From NCBI GenBank assembly GCA_964016885.1, contig OZ024743.1:199764001-199828000 (forward strand): DNA of 64,000 nucleotides. Direction: 5' to 3'. Positions 1-14,636 of the stretch are shown piece after piece. The DNA comes from Eledone cirrhosa. Its lineage: Eukaryota. Made by a program: the position numbers and the translations under genes. Under the pieces are notes generated by a model. It did not search any database. It was given only the letters and a program-made list of their open reading frames with translations, and was not told where the DNA came from. Each line of letters opens with the position of its first letter. The first letter of the stretch is position 1.

Positions 1-272
1 AGACTATGGTAAATAACATTTGCCAAAAATGTCACACCGGACCTAATTATTGCGAAGCGAACTTCTTTACCATTCAGCAATACTGCGTCTACTATATATA
101 TAAAATACGTCAGTCTGTGTCTAATCACTACTGCTGCAGACATGTCAAGCATTAAAATTTACATATCACGTTGTATTAGATTAAAGCGAGAAATCAAATT
201 GCATTGTTACAGTTTCAATATAATGCCCTATTATGTAATGTTCACTTAACGAAGCAATTCACTATCAAGTCA

Positions 273-340
<68 letters not shown>

Positions 341-377
341 GTGTGTGTGTGCGCGTGTGTATTTATATGTATATATA

Positions 378-475
378 CAGGGTGTCCCCCAAAAATGTAT
401 ACATGCTTTGATTACATGTACAGGCAATATTTATTAGAATGCTGTTGAAGTGTGAATACTTCTCTTTAGGACACC

Positions 476-478
<3 letters not shown>
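378..478. mobile_element. Tc1/mariner-type MITE (about 100 bp)
   Basis: TA|cagggtgtcc ... ggacaccgtg|TA imperfect TIRs with TA on both sides. Confidence 0.6.
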
Positions 479-507
<29 letters not shown>

Positions 508-609
508 GTGTGTGTGTACAGATATATATATATATATATATGTATATATTATAACATACGCACACCCCCCTCCGATATATATGTGTGTGTGTATTCGTCT
601 GTGTGTGTC

Positions 610-788
610 CGTGTTTGAGTTTATGTCCTGTAACTTAGAGGTTTGACAAATAATTAACGATAAAATCAGTTGTTACAGACTTTAAAAATAGGTATTGCGG
701 TCGGTACGATCAATTACGCCGTGACACTGCCTCAGCATAACCGCAATCTAATGACTGAAACAAGTAATATTATAAAAGTATAAAAGAA
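610..788 (+). mobile_element. Old SINE 3' fragment
   Basis: Ends cagcataaccgcaatctaatgactgaaacaagta...taaaaga, resembling the tail of cephalopod tRNA-SINEs as I recall them. Confidence 0.45.
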
Positions 789-1464
789 TACACACATTAG
801 CTCAAGTTCATCCGGTTAGATGCAATTGGTATTAAAAACGGTGTTTGAAGTTATGTTGCTACATTATATCAATGGCGTTGAGCAGGTTTGAAAGCCATAA
901 CAATGCAGTTTTAATAAAATGGTGTTTTATTATTTTTCTCCTTTTAAATTTTCGACCTCAAAGGGGGCTCTTAAAAAAATCACAATGCCGCTGGAAAAAG
1001 AAAAAAATATGAGAAAGGAAAATATAATGATGGACATACAAATATTATATTCATTATATATTTTACTCCTTCTTTATCTGTTCTACTTTAAATCTTTTAA
1101 GGACCCTCTGAGGCAGAATATTTAAAAGACGAAAATAATAAAAGAATGATTAATTAAAATTGCATTGTTTTGGCTTTCAAATCTGTTCGACTTAATTGAT
1201 ACAACAACTCAAAATAATGTCAAATACCACTTTACTATACAGACAAACAGGCAGACTGACATGCTTGGTGTGGATCTCCGTGGGTTTCAACGATGAGCAA
1301 TACATTTGTTCGATTAATGCAGAGCATCTCAAACCTTGTGGTCATGTAATACTCTCAGCGCCCGAACCCTATTTCCAGAGAGACCTGCTTATACGCAAAT
1401 TGTAAATAATATATAATAAATAAAATCGTTGATTTATATATAATAAATGATATAATATATACCA

Positions 1465-1648
1465 TAATTGTTTCTACTTTTGGCACAAGGCGAGCAATTA
1501 TACCAGTGCATTACTGGTACTTTATTTTATCGACCCCGTAAGGATGTAAGGCAAAGTTAACATCGGCGGGATTTGAACTCAGAATGGCAAGGGTCGTAAC
1601 TCTATGAGTCAAAGCATGGCATCCAACCCTCTACCGATACTGCCAATA
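1465..1648 (-). mobile_element. tRNA-headed Meta-domain-like SINE (family A)
   Basis: Reverse complement has A box tggcagtatcgg, B box gagttcaaatccc, central gcc...catccttacggggtcgataaaataaagtaccag and tail tagaaacaatta; about 30 copies in window. Confidence 0.85.
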
Positions 1649-2044
1649 ATATATATTTTTATTATACTATATTTATATACAATATATATCATTTGATATT
1701 CGATATACTATTATATCATCTCTACCACCCCCACCGTTCTTAGACCCCAGCGCCCCTCTAGATCTTCTCAACGCCCTACAGGGTGCAGTAGTGCCCACTT
1801 TGAGAACCTCTGGATTAATGCAACAGCGGGCTCATAAAATTAACTGGTAAGTGGTTGAGTATTCCAAAGACACATGTACGTGTAATTTAATGTAATTTAA
1901 TTCTCAGCAAGTTTCGGCCTGAGACAATCTGTGCTAAGGCTGCCTTTTGAATTACAGTTAACTTTATACGATTTATTTCTTAACAGTATTCATCTACCTT
2001 GTTTCATATATAATGCATGGCTCAACTCATGACTATCGTAAATG

Positions 2045-2425
2045 CATACATACACGCATACATGCATACATACATACACACATACATGCATACATACATA
2101 CACACATACATGCATACATACATACACACATACATACATGCATACATATATACATACATACACACATACATGCATACACACATACATACATACATACATA
2201 CATACATACATACACACATACAAGCATACATGCATACATGCATACATACATACAAACACACATACATGCATACATACATTCACACATACATGCATACATA
2301 CATACACACATACATACATACATACATACATACATACATACATACATGCATACATACTTATATACATACATACACAATACATCCATACATACATACATAC
2401 ATTCATACATGCTTACATACATACA
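2045..2425. repeat. (CATA)n/(CA)n compound microsatellite
   Basis: Direct reading; source of the HTYI/MYVC ORFs. Confidence 0.95.
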
Positions 2426-2459
2426 CGTATCTAAAAGCCTAAAGTCTGTCTCAAGCTCG

Positions 2460-2670
2460 GAGACTCATCAGACCGGTGTCTACGCCGTTTTCCGTGACGT
2501 GAAGCGACTGAGAGTACAAGACTACCTCTGGACAGGACGCCAGTCCATTGCATGGTTAAACCCGCAGCTATTACTGTGACTCATTTTCAGTTGAGCATAC
2601 TGGAGCAACGGGAAATGAAGTGTTTTGCTCAAGAACACAACACGCAATCCAATTCAGGAATCAAACTTAC
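2460..2670 (-). mobile_element. Old CORE-like SINE fragment
   Basis: Contains aagtgttttgctcaagaacacaac (reverse of CORE-like gtgttcttgagcaaaacactt) and B-box remnant; related fragments near 2985-3090 and 46080-46140. Confidence 0.55.
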
Positions 2671-4089
2671 AGCATTCATACATATATACACACATAATAC
2701 ATTCATACATACATGCATACAAGCAAACACAGGCTCGCACGTTCTCTCTCACTCATCCCCCCCCCCTCTCTCTCTCTCTCTCTCTCATTCTTTCTTTCTC
2801 TTTCTATCTCTCTTTCCGTTGTTGCCGAAGACGAGTTGTTTGATGAATGGAATTGTCAGCTTCTGAATTATTGTGCATTCCACAGACATTTAAACTATTA
2901 ACCTAATTTTCAGAAAGACTCGGCTTGACACCATGTTAGACATAGTTGTCCATTTGAATTTCAGGTACAGCTTTCTAGCTTTGGAGACTGGAGTGATGTG
3001 GAATAAGGTGTCTTGCTCAAGGATACAACACGCTACCGGAAATTAAACATAAGATCGTGAGCCGAACGAAGACCATAACTATTAAGCCATCTACCCTCTC
3101 TCTCTCTCTCTCTCCGTCTTTCTCCACTCCCCCACACATACAAACATACGTACATATGCACCTTTACTTCACCATCATCGTAGCTTTCACCTGTCTTTCA
3201 TTCCATATAAGAATCTAAATTTAAAAAAACAAAACACACTCACATATACACGAAAAGAGAGAAGCATACTTTCTCTCTTGAAGAAAAGAGACATCCGTTT
3301 CTTAGCAACAAAAACATCGGAGATAACAACCCCTCCCAAACTACTTCATTATACTAATGCACGAAAAAAAAATTAAGGAACAAACAAACAAACCATTATT
3401 GGCCCTTGAGACAACAAATACCCCACTAGTTGTTCCAATAAGACAAACTGTACAAACAGAATATTATACATAATATTAGTGGCTTTTTGAAGTTTTGTCA
3501 TAGGAAAAACCTACCCACCCCCGGCAATAGTTCTAATTTCTGTTACATGGAAGACATTCTTCTTCTTCTTCTTCTTCTTCTTCTTCTTCTTCTTCTTCTT
3601 CTTCTTCTTCTTCTCGTCCCCGCAGGAATCAGATCAAGTCATACACCCACCCTTGATTTTATCATCCAAAGGTTGGCCACCCAACGAGATTTAGCTCTTC
3701 TATGATCACACCGTCTTTTGCTGTTTTTTTTGTTTGTTTTTTTTTATTACTGTATTTACTACAACACTACTAGTAATGTTGTGACCAACTAGTCGGCCAG
3801 CCAACTAACCACACAGCCAGCCACCCAGCCACCCAGCCAACCTCACACTGGGTGAGCCAACCATCATACCTGGTGGCGATAAAAGTTAAAAATAAACCTA
3901 AGCTATCTTGTACTCAAATACACTTCCTTCCGCTTCTGATTATCATTTCAAAATTTCAACAGATATTTTTGTTGTTGTTGTTGCTGTTGCTGTTGTTCAT
4001 GTTGTTGTTCATGTTGTTTTCGATGTTTTCTGTTCGCTAAGTAATTCACTTGTTTTTTCAAGAGATGTAATTCATTAATTTTCCCTACA

Positions 4090-4092
4090 TAA

Positions 4093-4127
<35 letters not shown>

Positions 4128-4169
4128 CATATATATACATATATACATATATATATACATATATATGCA

Positions 4170-4252
<83 letters not shown>

Positions 4253-4265
4253 CATACATATATAT

Positions 4266-4348
<83 letters not shown>

Positions 4349-4385
4349 TATATATATATATATGTATATATTCATATATATATAT

Positions 4386-4442
<57 letters not shown>

Positions 4443-4558
4443 CATATAAATATATATATATATATGTATGTATATATATATATATATGATTATGTATTAT
4501 ATATATGTATATGGACACACATATATATATATATATACACACACACACATATATATAT
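4090..4558. repeat. (TA)n microsatellite with CA interruptions
   Basis: Direct reading; many similar tracts throughout the window. Confidence 0.95.
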
Positions 4559-4805
4559 AGTGAAAACTGGGACGGCAACAAAAACAGAGAAGCAGTACAA
4601 ACAAAAGTTTATTAGATATACGGACACGTACATATGTGTGTATGCGTGTGTGAAAAGAATGTACAACATGAACTTACGTAAGACAGGCGTACATAGGAAA
4701 ACAATGATATACAAACAGGAGTTAATGCGCGTGACTCTATATGATTAATCTTTCTGCTAGAAATCGGAGTCACATACACTCTCAAATCACACCCTACCAC
4801 CTTAA

Positions 4806-5042
4806 CCTTTTAGCATTTAAACTACTCTCTATACTACATACTATGGTATTTTTGTGGTTAAGGCTTTATCTTACATAATTATCTCACATAATATCGAATC
4901 TCCGAAATTTTGATGTTATTTATTTTGATAACAGTACCTTAACGTCAGTATGAGCTGCCAGTTGCGGTCAGATTGAATAGAAAGTGGTAAACAAATTATG
5001 GCCGGTTTATGGCCGGATATGGCAGGTTTAAATGCTAAAGGG
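4806..5042. mobile_element. piggyBac-type MITE
   Basis: TTAA|ccttttagcatttaaac ... gtttaaatgctaaaggg|TAAA: 17-bp TIRs with 1 mismatch and TTAA-like flanks. Confidence 0.7.
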
Positions 5043-6664
5043 TAAAGGTGAAAGACACATTGGATAATGTAGATCTAGATATATCATATTGGCGGAGCGG
5101 CAGAATGGTTAGAGCATGAAATCCAATAAAATAAAGGACCAATCAAGTGCCGGAGGTCTTTATAATCAACCCTCTACCCATCGTCACAAAAAAATAAAAA
5201 TAAAAATAAAAATAAAAATAAAAGCTGGATTTGTGCCTAAATTCGAAACCATTTTTTTTTTAACAACGGTATTTATAATTAGAACGTCTTTAGTCATATG
5301 TGTGCTCAGTCAGAATTGACCTAGGAAAAACAACAAAAAAACAGTTCGTAGCATCGCAGCCACACAATGTTTATGTTAGTGCTGCGGTACTCAACATTTA
5401 CATTAATTTATTGCCATGTTTCTTTTTTAATACACTCTTTTTTAGTTGTAGATTAGTGCTGTCTTGAGGAGAGGAAGGAGACCCTGAGTTTGTTGCAAGT
5501 TCGATGCTAATTCACTTGGATTGTTCCCTCTGTCTTTACGTGAGCCTGGTGACACATTTAACTTGCATATCGATTTCTGTTAAATTACATATAACCCGCC
5601 CTTTCTCTCTCTCGGTATCGCCCCTCCCGCTCACTGGACACACACTCTCAAAGAAGAAAAAGAAGTTAGCTGTGTTCAAACCTGGAAAGGGATACACTCT
5701 ACCAGGTTAAAAATGTCGCAACAGCGCCCCTACGACTCCATCAGAAGTTCAGAGCTCTTGTTTGGTTACATTCATATTAGAGTATTTACTCATATTCCGT
5801 AATAGTAGATGAATATGTTAGGAGTATTCAATAAACTTGTCTGGAAGTGAACCTGGGTACATGCCTGTGTGTGTGTACGCGAGCATACATGTGGCTCTGT
5901 GTCTGTGTGTATATGTATATAAATGTGCGTGCGTGTGGGTGTATGTGTGGGTGTGCATGCGTTTCTATGTGTGTGTGGTGGTGTGTGATTATATGCGCTT
6001 GCTAAAGAGGCCGTCCATTAAAAATTCCAAAATCTCGACAACACATATCTACTTATTGAGAAAAACATGAAACAAGAACACCTAATATTTGAAATTGTAT
6101 ATCTCAACGGAGAGCTCTGCTGACGCCTGGCGCCATCTAGGAAATATAAGCATATATATACACACACACACACTTACACACACACATACACATACTCATA
6201 GACACGCACACATACACACACGCATATATACATACACATACACACTCACCAACAGAGACACATAGACTCATACACTCCACCACTAAATATCAGCAAAAAT
6301 ACTTTGAGAAGGTTAATTTGCAGTTTCTCGTTGATATAGTTGTCCCGGATGTTACGTTCTGAATGACTCAAATTCCTTAATTTTCCACGGATAGCTGCTA
6401 ATTGTATAGGGAAAACTACTAATTTCATTACATCAGTTAGAGTGAAATTAGTACCCCGTATTCTTAGGAAAAGAAAGCAATTTCTGATCAGTTTCACAAC
6501 ACGGTTGGTTTACTTTTAACCTTCATGGAACACATGCATAGAAAAAATAAATTACTTTTCTCATTTCGTCAGCGTCAATTTTGATGTATAAAATAACATG
6601 GTATACAAATAACTTACAAACTAACCATTTAATGTATCTAATTGCTTCTAATTATAACAGTAAA

Positions 6665-7010
6665 TGGAGGTATCATGGCCGAATAATCAACAAGCTCGCT
6701 TCGTAATCAAAACGTGCCACGTTCGATCCTACTCTTTGGGATATTTGGTACGTCACGTTTACTACCGCCTTGGGCTGATTCAAGCCTTGTGAATGAAATT
6801 AGATAGATGTAAACTGTGTGGAAGTCTGACGGATTGACTGTACCAGTAATTCAACAGTCCAGCCATGTATCACTCTGGGGTTCTCTAAGAATTACGTTAA
6901 GGGTACACGTGCCCATGGAATGCTCAGCCATTTTCACACTACTTACATGAGCTGGCTATTCCGTTGATTAAACAACTGGAATATTTATCGTCGAAACCAA
7001 GAGAGGTCCA
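6665..7010 (+). mobile_element. Diverged tRNA-headed SINE
   Basis: A/B box remnants (tggccgaataat, gttcgatcct) then gccttgtgaatgaaattagatagatgtaaactgtgtggaag and ggaatgctcagcca motifs; related fragments at 7075-7235 and 7640-7790. Confidence 0.55.
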
Positions 7011-7556
7011 TTCTTTTCCATAAAAGTGAATAGGCGATATTTTTGCTGATATTGAATCAGAGTTTCGAGGGAAGGTATGGTCATGTGGCTAAGGAATTCA
7101 CTTTAAAATCATCTGTTTGGTTCTGGGTTTGATCTACACTACATTGAATCTTAGGGTCGTGTCATTCAAATATAATCTCAGGTGAAGGCTAGGCTTCTGA
7201 ATGAAAGTGGATAAGTGATATTGTGTGGAACCTCATGAAATAGACTGTTCCAGATACATTGTCCTATTGTTCATAAGGCCCGGGGGTTGCACAGGGATTA
7301 GAAGCCCTTAATTGTCTTTTTTGTTTGTTTTCAATGATTGAGGTGCCAGAGGGAGCCCCACATACCGCAAAACTTTGACCATGGATTAATACTGAACATA
7401 CTTGACACTCAATGACTTCTGCATTCTTCTTCCTTTCCGATACCAGTTTTTCGGTGTCTTACAAGGCCAGCATACTTGAAGAAAAGGGATAGGTCGATTA
7501 CATCAACCCCAGAGCTTGATTGGAACTACATTTCATCGACCTCGCAAGGATGAAAA

Positions 7557-7638
<82 letters not shown>

Positions 7639-8322
7639 GGAGCTTCCACTCAGTTTCCGTCTTTCAAATTTCACTCACAAGAATTTGTCCAATGCAAGAC
7701 TATACTGGCGGACAGATAGCCAAGATATCCTGCACCCTGTGGAATCGAACCATGTATTTCTAGAACGAACTTCTTAACTATACATCCACGTCTGTTCCGT
7801 TATATTCTATGCTTCTGTCACAATATCTTTGTATAATGCGTTTTATGATATATGGCTTTGCTTTTACTTTTGAGTGAGGATTATGTGGAAGAGAAAAATG
7901 GTGGAGAACAGAGAGGGAAAGAGAAAAAGATGGTGAATGAGAGAGGCAGAGAGATGGAAAGTGAGAGAGAGAAAGTTTTTATTTTTGCAACTAGCTCTTT
8001 CTTCATTCTATTCCGTAGTTGTAATCAACCGTCACACCCACATTTAGTAAAGCCTCACAGCCCGCACCACAAACCATTCGGGGCAACCAAAGGATGGTTA
8101 AGTGCAATGCTTAGAAGAAAAAAAAAAAGAAAAAAAGGAATTTGTCCTCAGAGGAAAGTAATCAAAGTATCAAGTTTGCTGAACAACTATATGAAAAAAA
8201 AAAAAAAAAAGTATAAGTGTTAGCAAGGAAGCAAGCCAGTATACACACATACATACTTACATTCATAATACACATGCACACACACATATCAATATATATA
8301 TATATATATATATACACATACA

Positions 8323-8427
<105 letters not shown>

Positions 8428-8450
8428 CGCTCTCTCTCTCCCTCTCTCTC

Positions 8451-8520
<70 letters not shown>

Positions 8521-8687
8521 TATGTATATATATATATAATGGACGAGATGTTAAATTTTATTATTATTATTACACTCTGTTTAATACAACACCAAATACA
8601 TATTGGAGACTACATATCTAGTGCTCACTCTGGTGAACCTACAGTAACTTGACGATACCGTCCCTAAACTATATATATATATATATA

Positions 8688-8754
<67 letters not shown>

Positions 8755-8757
<3 letters not shown>

Positions 8758-9035
8758 CTTTAGCTTGATAGTGGGGTTTAGAACCCTCTAAGAAATGGAA
8801 AAAGACGTACATGGGAGTGGAAAGAGATGGGTGATGTGTTGGTGTAATGGTAGCACAGGGGTCTCGATAACCAAAGATGTGGGGTATTCTCCCATGTACG
8901 CCAATACTCATATTTTTCCATTTCTTGGAGGGTTCTAAACCCCACTATGAGGCTAAAATTTCTTTAGTCAAAAATACGGCCAAAGCTTCTATTTCTATTT
9001 TCAAAATCGCTCGCTGTTTCGAAACAAATTTGCTT
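8755..9035 (+). mobile_element. Fold-back tRNA-headed element (family T), copy 1
   Basis: tRNA-like head at about 8833-8903 preceded by an inverted copy of its downstream body (8759-8817); ends in (TA)n. Confidence 0.75.
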
Positions 9036-9659
9036 ATATATATATACGTTTATGTATTTGTTTTGCAAGATTCTTGATGGGAAATTTTGTGTTGAAACCG
9101 ATATTGTTATATTTGGAGATAGTCATGTTGCCAGTATTGCCAATAAAAATAAACACACACACCATATGAATTTCACTTTATTTTTATTGTTCATTATTCA
9201 TTCGTTCATCAAAGTTCTTTCGTCACATATTCTGTGACCTCAACAATGCCTATCTGTTCTCTTTTGTGCCGCACCATTTGTCTTCCATGTCGGAGGGGAA
9301 CATTACGAATTGGTCCGTTTTGAAGAAGACCAAAGAATAGTTCTTTGCAAAGACCTCGCTTTTGAAGAGTACTGAGATGCTCCCAAGCCGCTTAATCCTT
9401 GCAAAGTGTTTTATGTTTGGCTTCAAGCACTTCAGAGTTGCCTACACGTAGGATTGTGGGACCAACTCCAGCTTTTTGGAATTGATTCCAATACCCCGGT
9501 ATGTTAATTTTTTTTTCTATCGTTGCCAACACCTTATGTTAGTTCAGGTTTTCACAACTGTTGCAAGTGTGGCTGCTTGGGTTAAACATTCATCTCTCCT
9601 CGTTAAGTTCATTGTGAATAGGTCCAGAGTTTTCACATTCGTTGCTACGAATGTGATTC

Positions 9660-9920
9660 TGTAGTTATTATTGATGTTGATGTTGTTGCTGTTGTCGTTA
9701 CCGTTGTTGCTGTTGGTACTACTGTTGTCATTGTTGTTGCTGCTGTTGTCGTTACTGTTGATGCTGCTGCTGTTGTTGTTGCTGTTGTTATTGTTGTCTT
9801 TGCCATAATTGTTGCCGCTGTTGCTGTCAGTGTTGTTGTTGTTGTTGCCAAGAGTGGCTTTGTTGGTGATGTCTACCGTGGTAGTGGTGACAGTGGTGGT
9901 TGTAATGTTGTTATTATTGC
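9660..9920. repeat. Degenerate (GTT/GCT)n trinucleotide tract
   Basis: Direct reading. Confidence 0.9.
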
Positions 9921-12096
9921 ACTTCAGTGACCAGTCCAAATAACTGTCATGACACTTTTTTCAGGCAAAGTATTGCCGTTATGGCTGTATATGGGAGGGT
10001 GTGTAACTTCCATTAAAAAAAAATGTTTATAGGCGTCTATTGAATGTTAAATTCAAATATTTTGGCCAAAGGCCCAAATATTATGTGGTCTCACTCCTTG
10101 AGGGAAAAGACTGATGCCTTATATAGTTTATGCAATAAACAATTATAACAAAATACCAATATAAATGGGTGAAAAACAAGAACTTACTGGAGCGATCTAC
10201 AATACGTGTCAAAAAACGAACGATAAAATAATAATAATATTAATAATAATAATAATAATGTTAATAACAATAATAAGTTCTTTTAAATGTAATGAACACG
10301 TTTTTCACTCTTTTTTACAATCAAGCTTTCATCACTTCAAGTCTTATTTCCTTCTCAGAGACCACCAGTATAGTTTCTTCCAGATCTACCGGAAACCTGC
10401 TCCCATACATTAATCGTCTTTTACTAGTAAAACCTGCAATGAAAGCTGTCTTGTTGCCATTGACACCAGGAAATATTGCCACTATGTTTGACATGAGAAC
10501 TATTCTGCCAAATTGTTTGCCACTGCACTCCATATGTCTTTGATTTCTTTGATCGGAAGTTTACTTTCTGACTGCTTAATTGCATCATACACAGATAATA
10601 CTCACTGCATTCACTCTGGTTTTACGCTAAGATTTGGTTATATATTTCATGTTATTTTATGTTCCTTGTGTTTATTAATGGTGTACAAGCGTCGTCTGTA
10701 GCAATACAAGCTTCTATCCATCTGACACTATAATTCATTCCTCTTTAACATCCTGCACACAAGCATCATTAATATACATACCGGATACCTACGACTTCCA
10801 CTGATTTCATGAACAGAAGCTTGGAAGATATTCTTCAGTTAGTACATAAGCACCTAGTGGCTTTCAAGCGCACACAAAAATACACTCTTTCCATATACAC
10901 TCTTTCACTATACACTCTTTCTACACAAAGACAATACACAATTAAATTCATCAAAATGAACTCAGTATATAACTGGTACTTTATTTTATCGAACCACAGA
11001 AAGATGCAAAGCAAAGTTTAACTCAGTGGAAGTTTAACTCAGAACGTAGAAGGTTCTAACTTATCCTCGCAAAAATAATAACTTTGTACAGAAATGGACC
11101 CACTATAATCGTATTCACGATCTTCTACAATTGTATATACTTAGCTATACAAACCTTCAGCCAATATACAATTAAATTTATTTCTTGGAAATATTATCCA
11201 AAATACATTTCAAATATTCGGCTTCATCTTCATGGTCAGACAATATTAAAATCCTGATAATTTGTTGACACTAGATTCTGCCCATCTAAACTTAAAGGCC
11301 AATAAAATAAAGTGCCAGAGAAAGTGTTACAACTTTAGCCTGCGACCATGACTGCAAAGTGAACTTCTTAACCACTCGACCATACAGTGTTCAGTTGTTA
11401 GCATCAAGGTCACAGAGATGTGGCGAATATTTTGATACCTAACCAAATAGATGAAAAGGGAATATAGCTGAAATGTCTTTTTCTCGATATCATTGCTTCA
11501 GTTAGAACGCATGGTCTTTGATTAAGTTACTTGCAAACAATTTAAAACACCGAATTTAAAAGAAAAGAGTTGGTTAAAAAACGAAAACAAAAACAAGAAA
11601 AACATTGTTTAAATAAATGAAAAATCAACAAACATGGAACAAAGAAACAAAAAAAAAAAGAAACAAATTGTTTGTTTCTTTCTTTCAATGTTTTCTTCTA
11701 TCATAATCTACCTCCTCCTACTACTACTCGTCTTCCTCATCATCATCATTATCGTCATTGCAATATTTGTTATCTGTTTTTGGTGGTCTTCATTCTGTGA
11801 TGGCAACAACAAGTGTCGTTTTGGAAGTTAATCCAGATGTAGGCACGATCATCGTTAGTCAGTCACGTCGAATGTAAGGAAAGAAACAAATGGAAGAAGT
11901 GAGAGGAAAAGGCAGACTTTAGAAATGAAGGATATCTGAAAGAAACAGAAAAGAAAGAAAGCAGAAAGCAAAGCAAAAGAAAACGAGCTTTTTTAAGAAA
12001 TCAAACGAATCAAGACAATGCAAAATGAAAGGGGAGATACAAAAGCAGAGAGGAGATAGAGTGATATATATAGAGAGAGATGAAGAGATACATGGC

Positions 12097-12140
<44 letters not shown>

Positions 12141-12413
12141 CATGGCTAGAGAGTGAGTGAGAGAGAGAGAAATAAAGAGGGAGAGAAAGAGAGAATGAGG
12201 AAAGAGAGGGAAAGAGAGGGAAAGGAAAGAAAGAGAGGGAATAGAAAGAGAGGGAGAGAAGAAGAGAGAGGGTGAGAAAAAGAGAGAGGAGGAGAAAAAG
12301 AGAGAGGGGGAAAGAAACAAATTGAAAAGCATGTAAAAGGAATAAAGAAAGAAAAAAGAAAAAATGATGACGATGACGATGATGATAGCGATGATGATGA
12401 TGATGAGCGTAAT

Positions 12414-12602
12414 AATTGTTTCTACTTTAGTCACAAGGCCAGCAATTACCCAGTACATTACTGGTACTTTATTTTATCGACCCCGTAAGGATGAAAGGCA
12501 AAGTTAACCTCGGCGGGATTTGAACTCAGAATGGCAAGGGCCGTAACTCTATGCGTCAAAGCATGGCGTCAGACCCTCAACCGATACTGCCAATCCACCA
12601 CC
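12414..12602 (-). mobile_element. SINE family A with TSD
   Basis: Full-length copy flanked by tgatgagcgtaataat on both sides. Confidence 0.9.
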
Positions 12603-12808
12603 CTGATGAGCGTAATAATATTCAACAAGTGGTAACGGAACCCAGCATCAGCTGAAGAGCCTTAACGTACCAGTAATGTACTGAGTATTGCTGGCCTTGT
12701 GCCAAAAGTAAAAACAATTATTTAATAACGATATTACACAACAGTTATATTAATATGCATAAGGAAAGTATATACTTTCAAACGTTCAATCGACTGACAG
12801 GAAGGTAT

Positions 12809-12851
12809 ACGGTGCTGATGACAGTTAATACGCTAGAAACTAGTTCATCGT
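12809..12851 (+). ncRNA. Minimal type I hammerhead ribozyme-like motif
   Basis: acggtg CTGATGA c-agt-taatac-gct-a GAAA ctag TT catcgt: 6-bp stem I, palindromic ACTAGT stem III; homologous copy on minus strand at 36464-36555. Confidence 0.65.
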
Positions 12852-13096
12852 TCCTTTGTCAGTGTTGAACAAAAGGGCAACGATGGTTGCCGAACACTGT
12901 ACGGCTAATAATTCGGGCTGTTTGTTTACAAACAAACCGAGCATTATAAAACCCATACGTACATATATATATGTGTACATGTATGTATATACATACTACT
13001 GTACGTCTGTATAGATATATGTATGTACGTATACATACTTTTATATATATATATATAGGCATGTATGTATATATGTATATATGTTCATGTATATAA

Positions 13097-13133
<37 letters not shown>

Positions 13134-13434
13134 GTATATATATCACGACTGAATTAGATATCATTTTGAAGGTCATAAACGATCGTGCCGAATGTAAATA
13201 TATATGTGAATAGTAATTACTCAGCTTTGTAATCTCATTCATCAACATCAACAAAATCAACATTGTAATAATTAAGTTGAAAGACAATTTAAAAATCTGA
13301 AAAGATTTCATATTAGTAAACAACTTGAATGTCACAGCCAATACATATGTGTCACACTCTCTCTATATATATCTAAGCAGCGTCGGCGCCAGGATATTTA
13401 ACACGCTTGTCTAGTCACACATTGTGTGTCCTTC

Positions 13435-13975
13435 CTCCCAGTTGTTCCCTATCTCCCAGTTATGCGCCCTTTCTCCCAGTTATGCACCCTTTCTCCAAGT
13501 TATGCACCCTTTCTCCCAGTTGTGTTCCATTTCTCCAGGTATGTTTCCTTTCTCCTAGTTATGCACCCTTTCCTCCAGTTATACACCCTTTTTCCCAGTT
13601 ATGCGCCCTTTCTCCCAGTTATGTTCCCTTTCTCCCAGTTATGCACCCTTTCTCCCAATTATGCGTTCTTTCTCCCAGTTATGCGCCCTATCTCCCAGTT
13701 ATGTTCCTTTCTCGCAGTTATGCGCCCTTTCTCCCAGTTATGTTCCCTATCTCCCAGTTATGCCCCCTTTCTTCTAGTTATGCGTCCTTTCTCCCAGTTA
13801 TGCGCCCTTTCTACCAGTTATGTTCCCTTTTCTCCCAGTTATACAACCTTTCACCCGGTTATGTTCCCTTTCTCCCAGTTCTGTTCCCTTTTTCCCAGTT
13901 ATGCACCCTTTCTCCCAGTTATGTTCCCTTTCCTCAGTTATGCACCCATTCTCCCAGTTATGTTCCCTTTCTCCA
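13435..13975. repeat. 20-bp minisatellite, about 27 units
   Basis: Unit ttctcccagttatg(c/t)(a/g/t)ccct repeated in tandem; source of ORFs 13407-14033 and 13426-13980. Confidence 0.95.
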
Positions 13976-14297
13976 AATAATGTGTCCCCGTCTCCTAAAT
14001 AAGAGAATTTCAATTCATAGTTCGGCCCCCTGATAAACCAGGTTTGTTAGCATTGACATTAAGAAAATTACTAATCCTTCATTTTCTACTACACAGTCCA
14101 TTCTCACCCACACCAATCATGCTACTTGTCATAAAACCATACAGCCTTCTCCACCGCTTTCAATATTTACCTAACGCTGCGACGCTGCGATGATGTTGAT
14201 TAATGACATATATATAAATAAAACAAAATTACAATTTCGTTTTTGGCTCTAACATAGCGGTTACGTAAATGTATTCGTGAGTTTTATGTTGAATAAT

Positions 14298-14636
14298 TAT
14301 TGTTTCTACTTTTGGCACAAGGCCAGCAATTATCCCTGTGCATTACTGGTGCTTTGTGGTATCAACCCCGAAAAGATGAAAGGCAGAGTTAACCTCGGCG
14401 GGATTTGAATTCAGAACGTAAAGGGCCGTAACTCTATACTGCAAAGCATGGTATCCGATATTCTACCGATTCTGCCAATCCACCGCCCTTGTCGAAGAAT
14501 AATGGTTTCTTATATAGGCACAAGACCAGCAATTTTTTTGTGGGGGTAGTGGAAAGTCGACTCCAGTGCGTGACTGGTACTTTATTTATCGACCCCGTAA
14601 GGATGAAAGGCAAAGTTAACCTCGGCGGGATTTGTA
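14298..14636 (-). mobile_element. Two tandem SINE family A copies (short-tail and long-tail variants)
   Basis: Same central domain twice, head to tail; second copy truncated. Confidence 0.85.

Noticed and set aside
10292-10620. Complex-looking ORFs as a host exon
   Set aside because: No recognisable domain or splice pattern; unresolved, possibly decayed transposon
13407-14033. Repetitive 208-aa ORF or CRISPR-like array
   Set aside because: Head-to-tail 20-bp minisatellite without unique spacers, in a eukaryotic context
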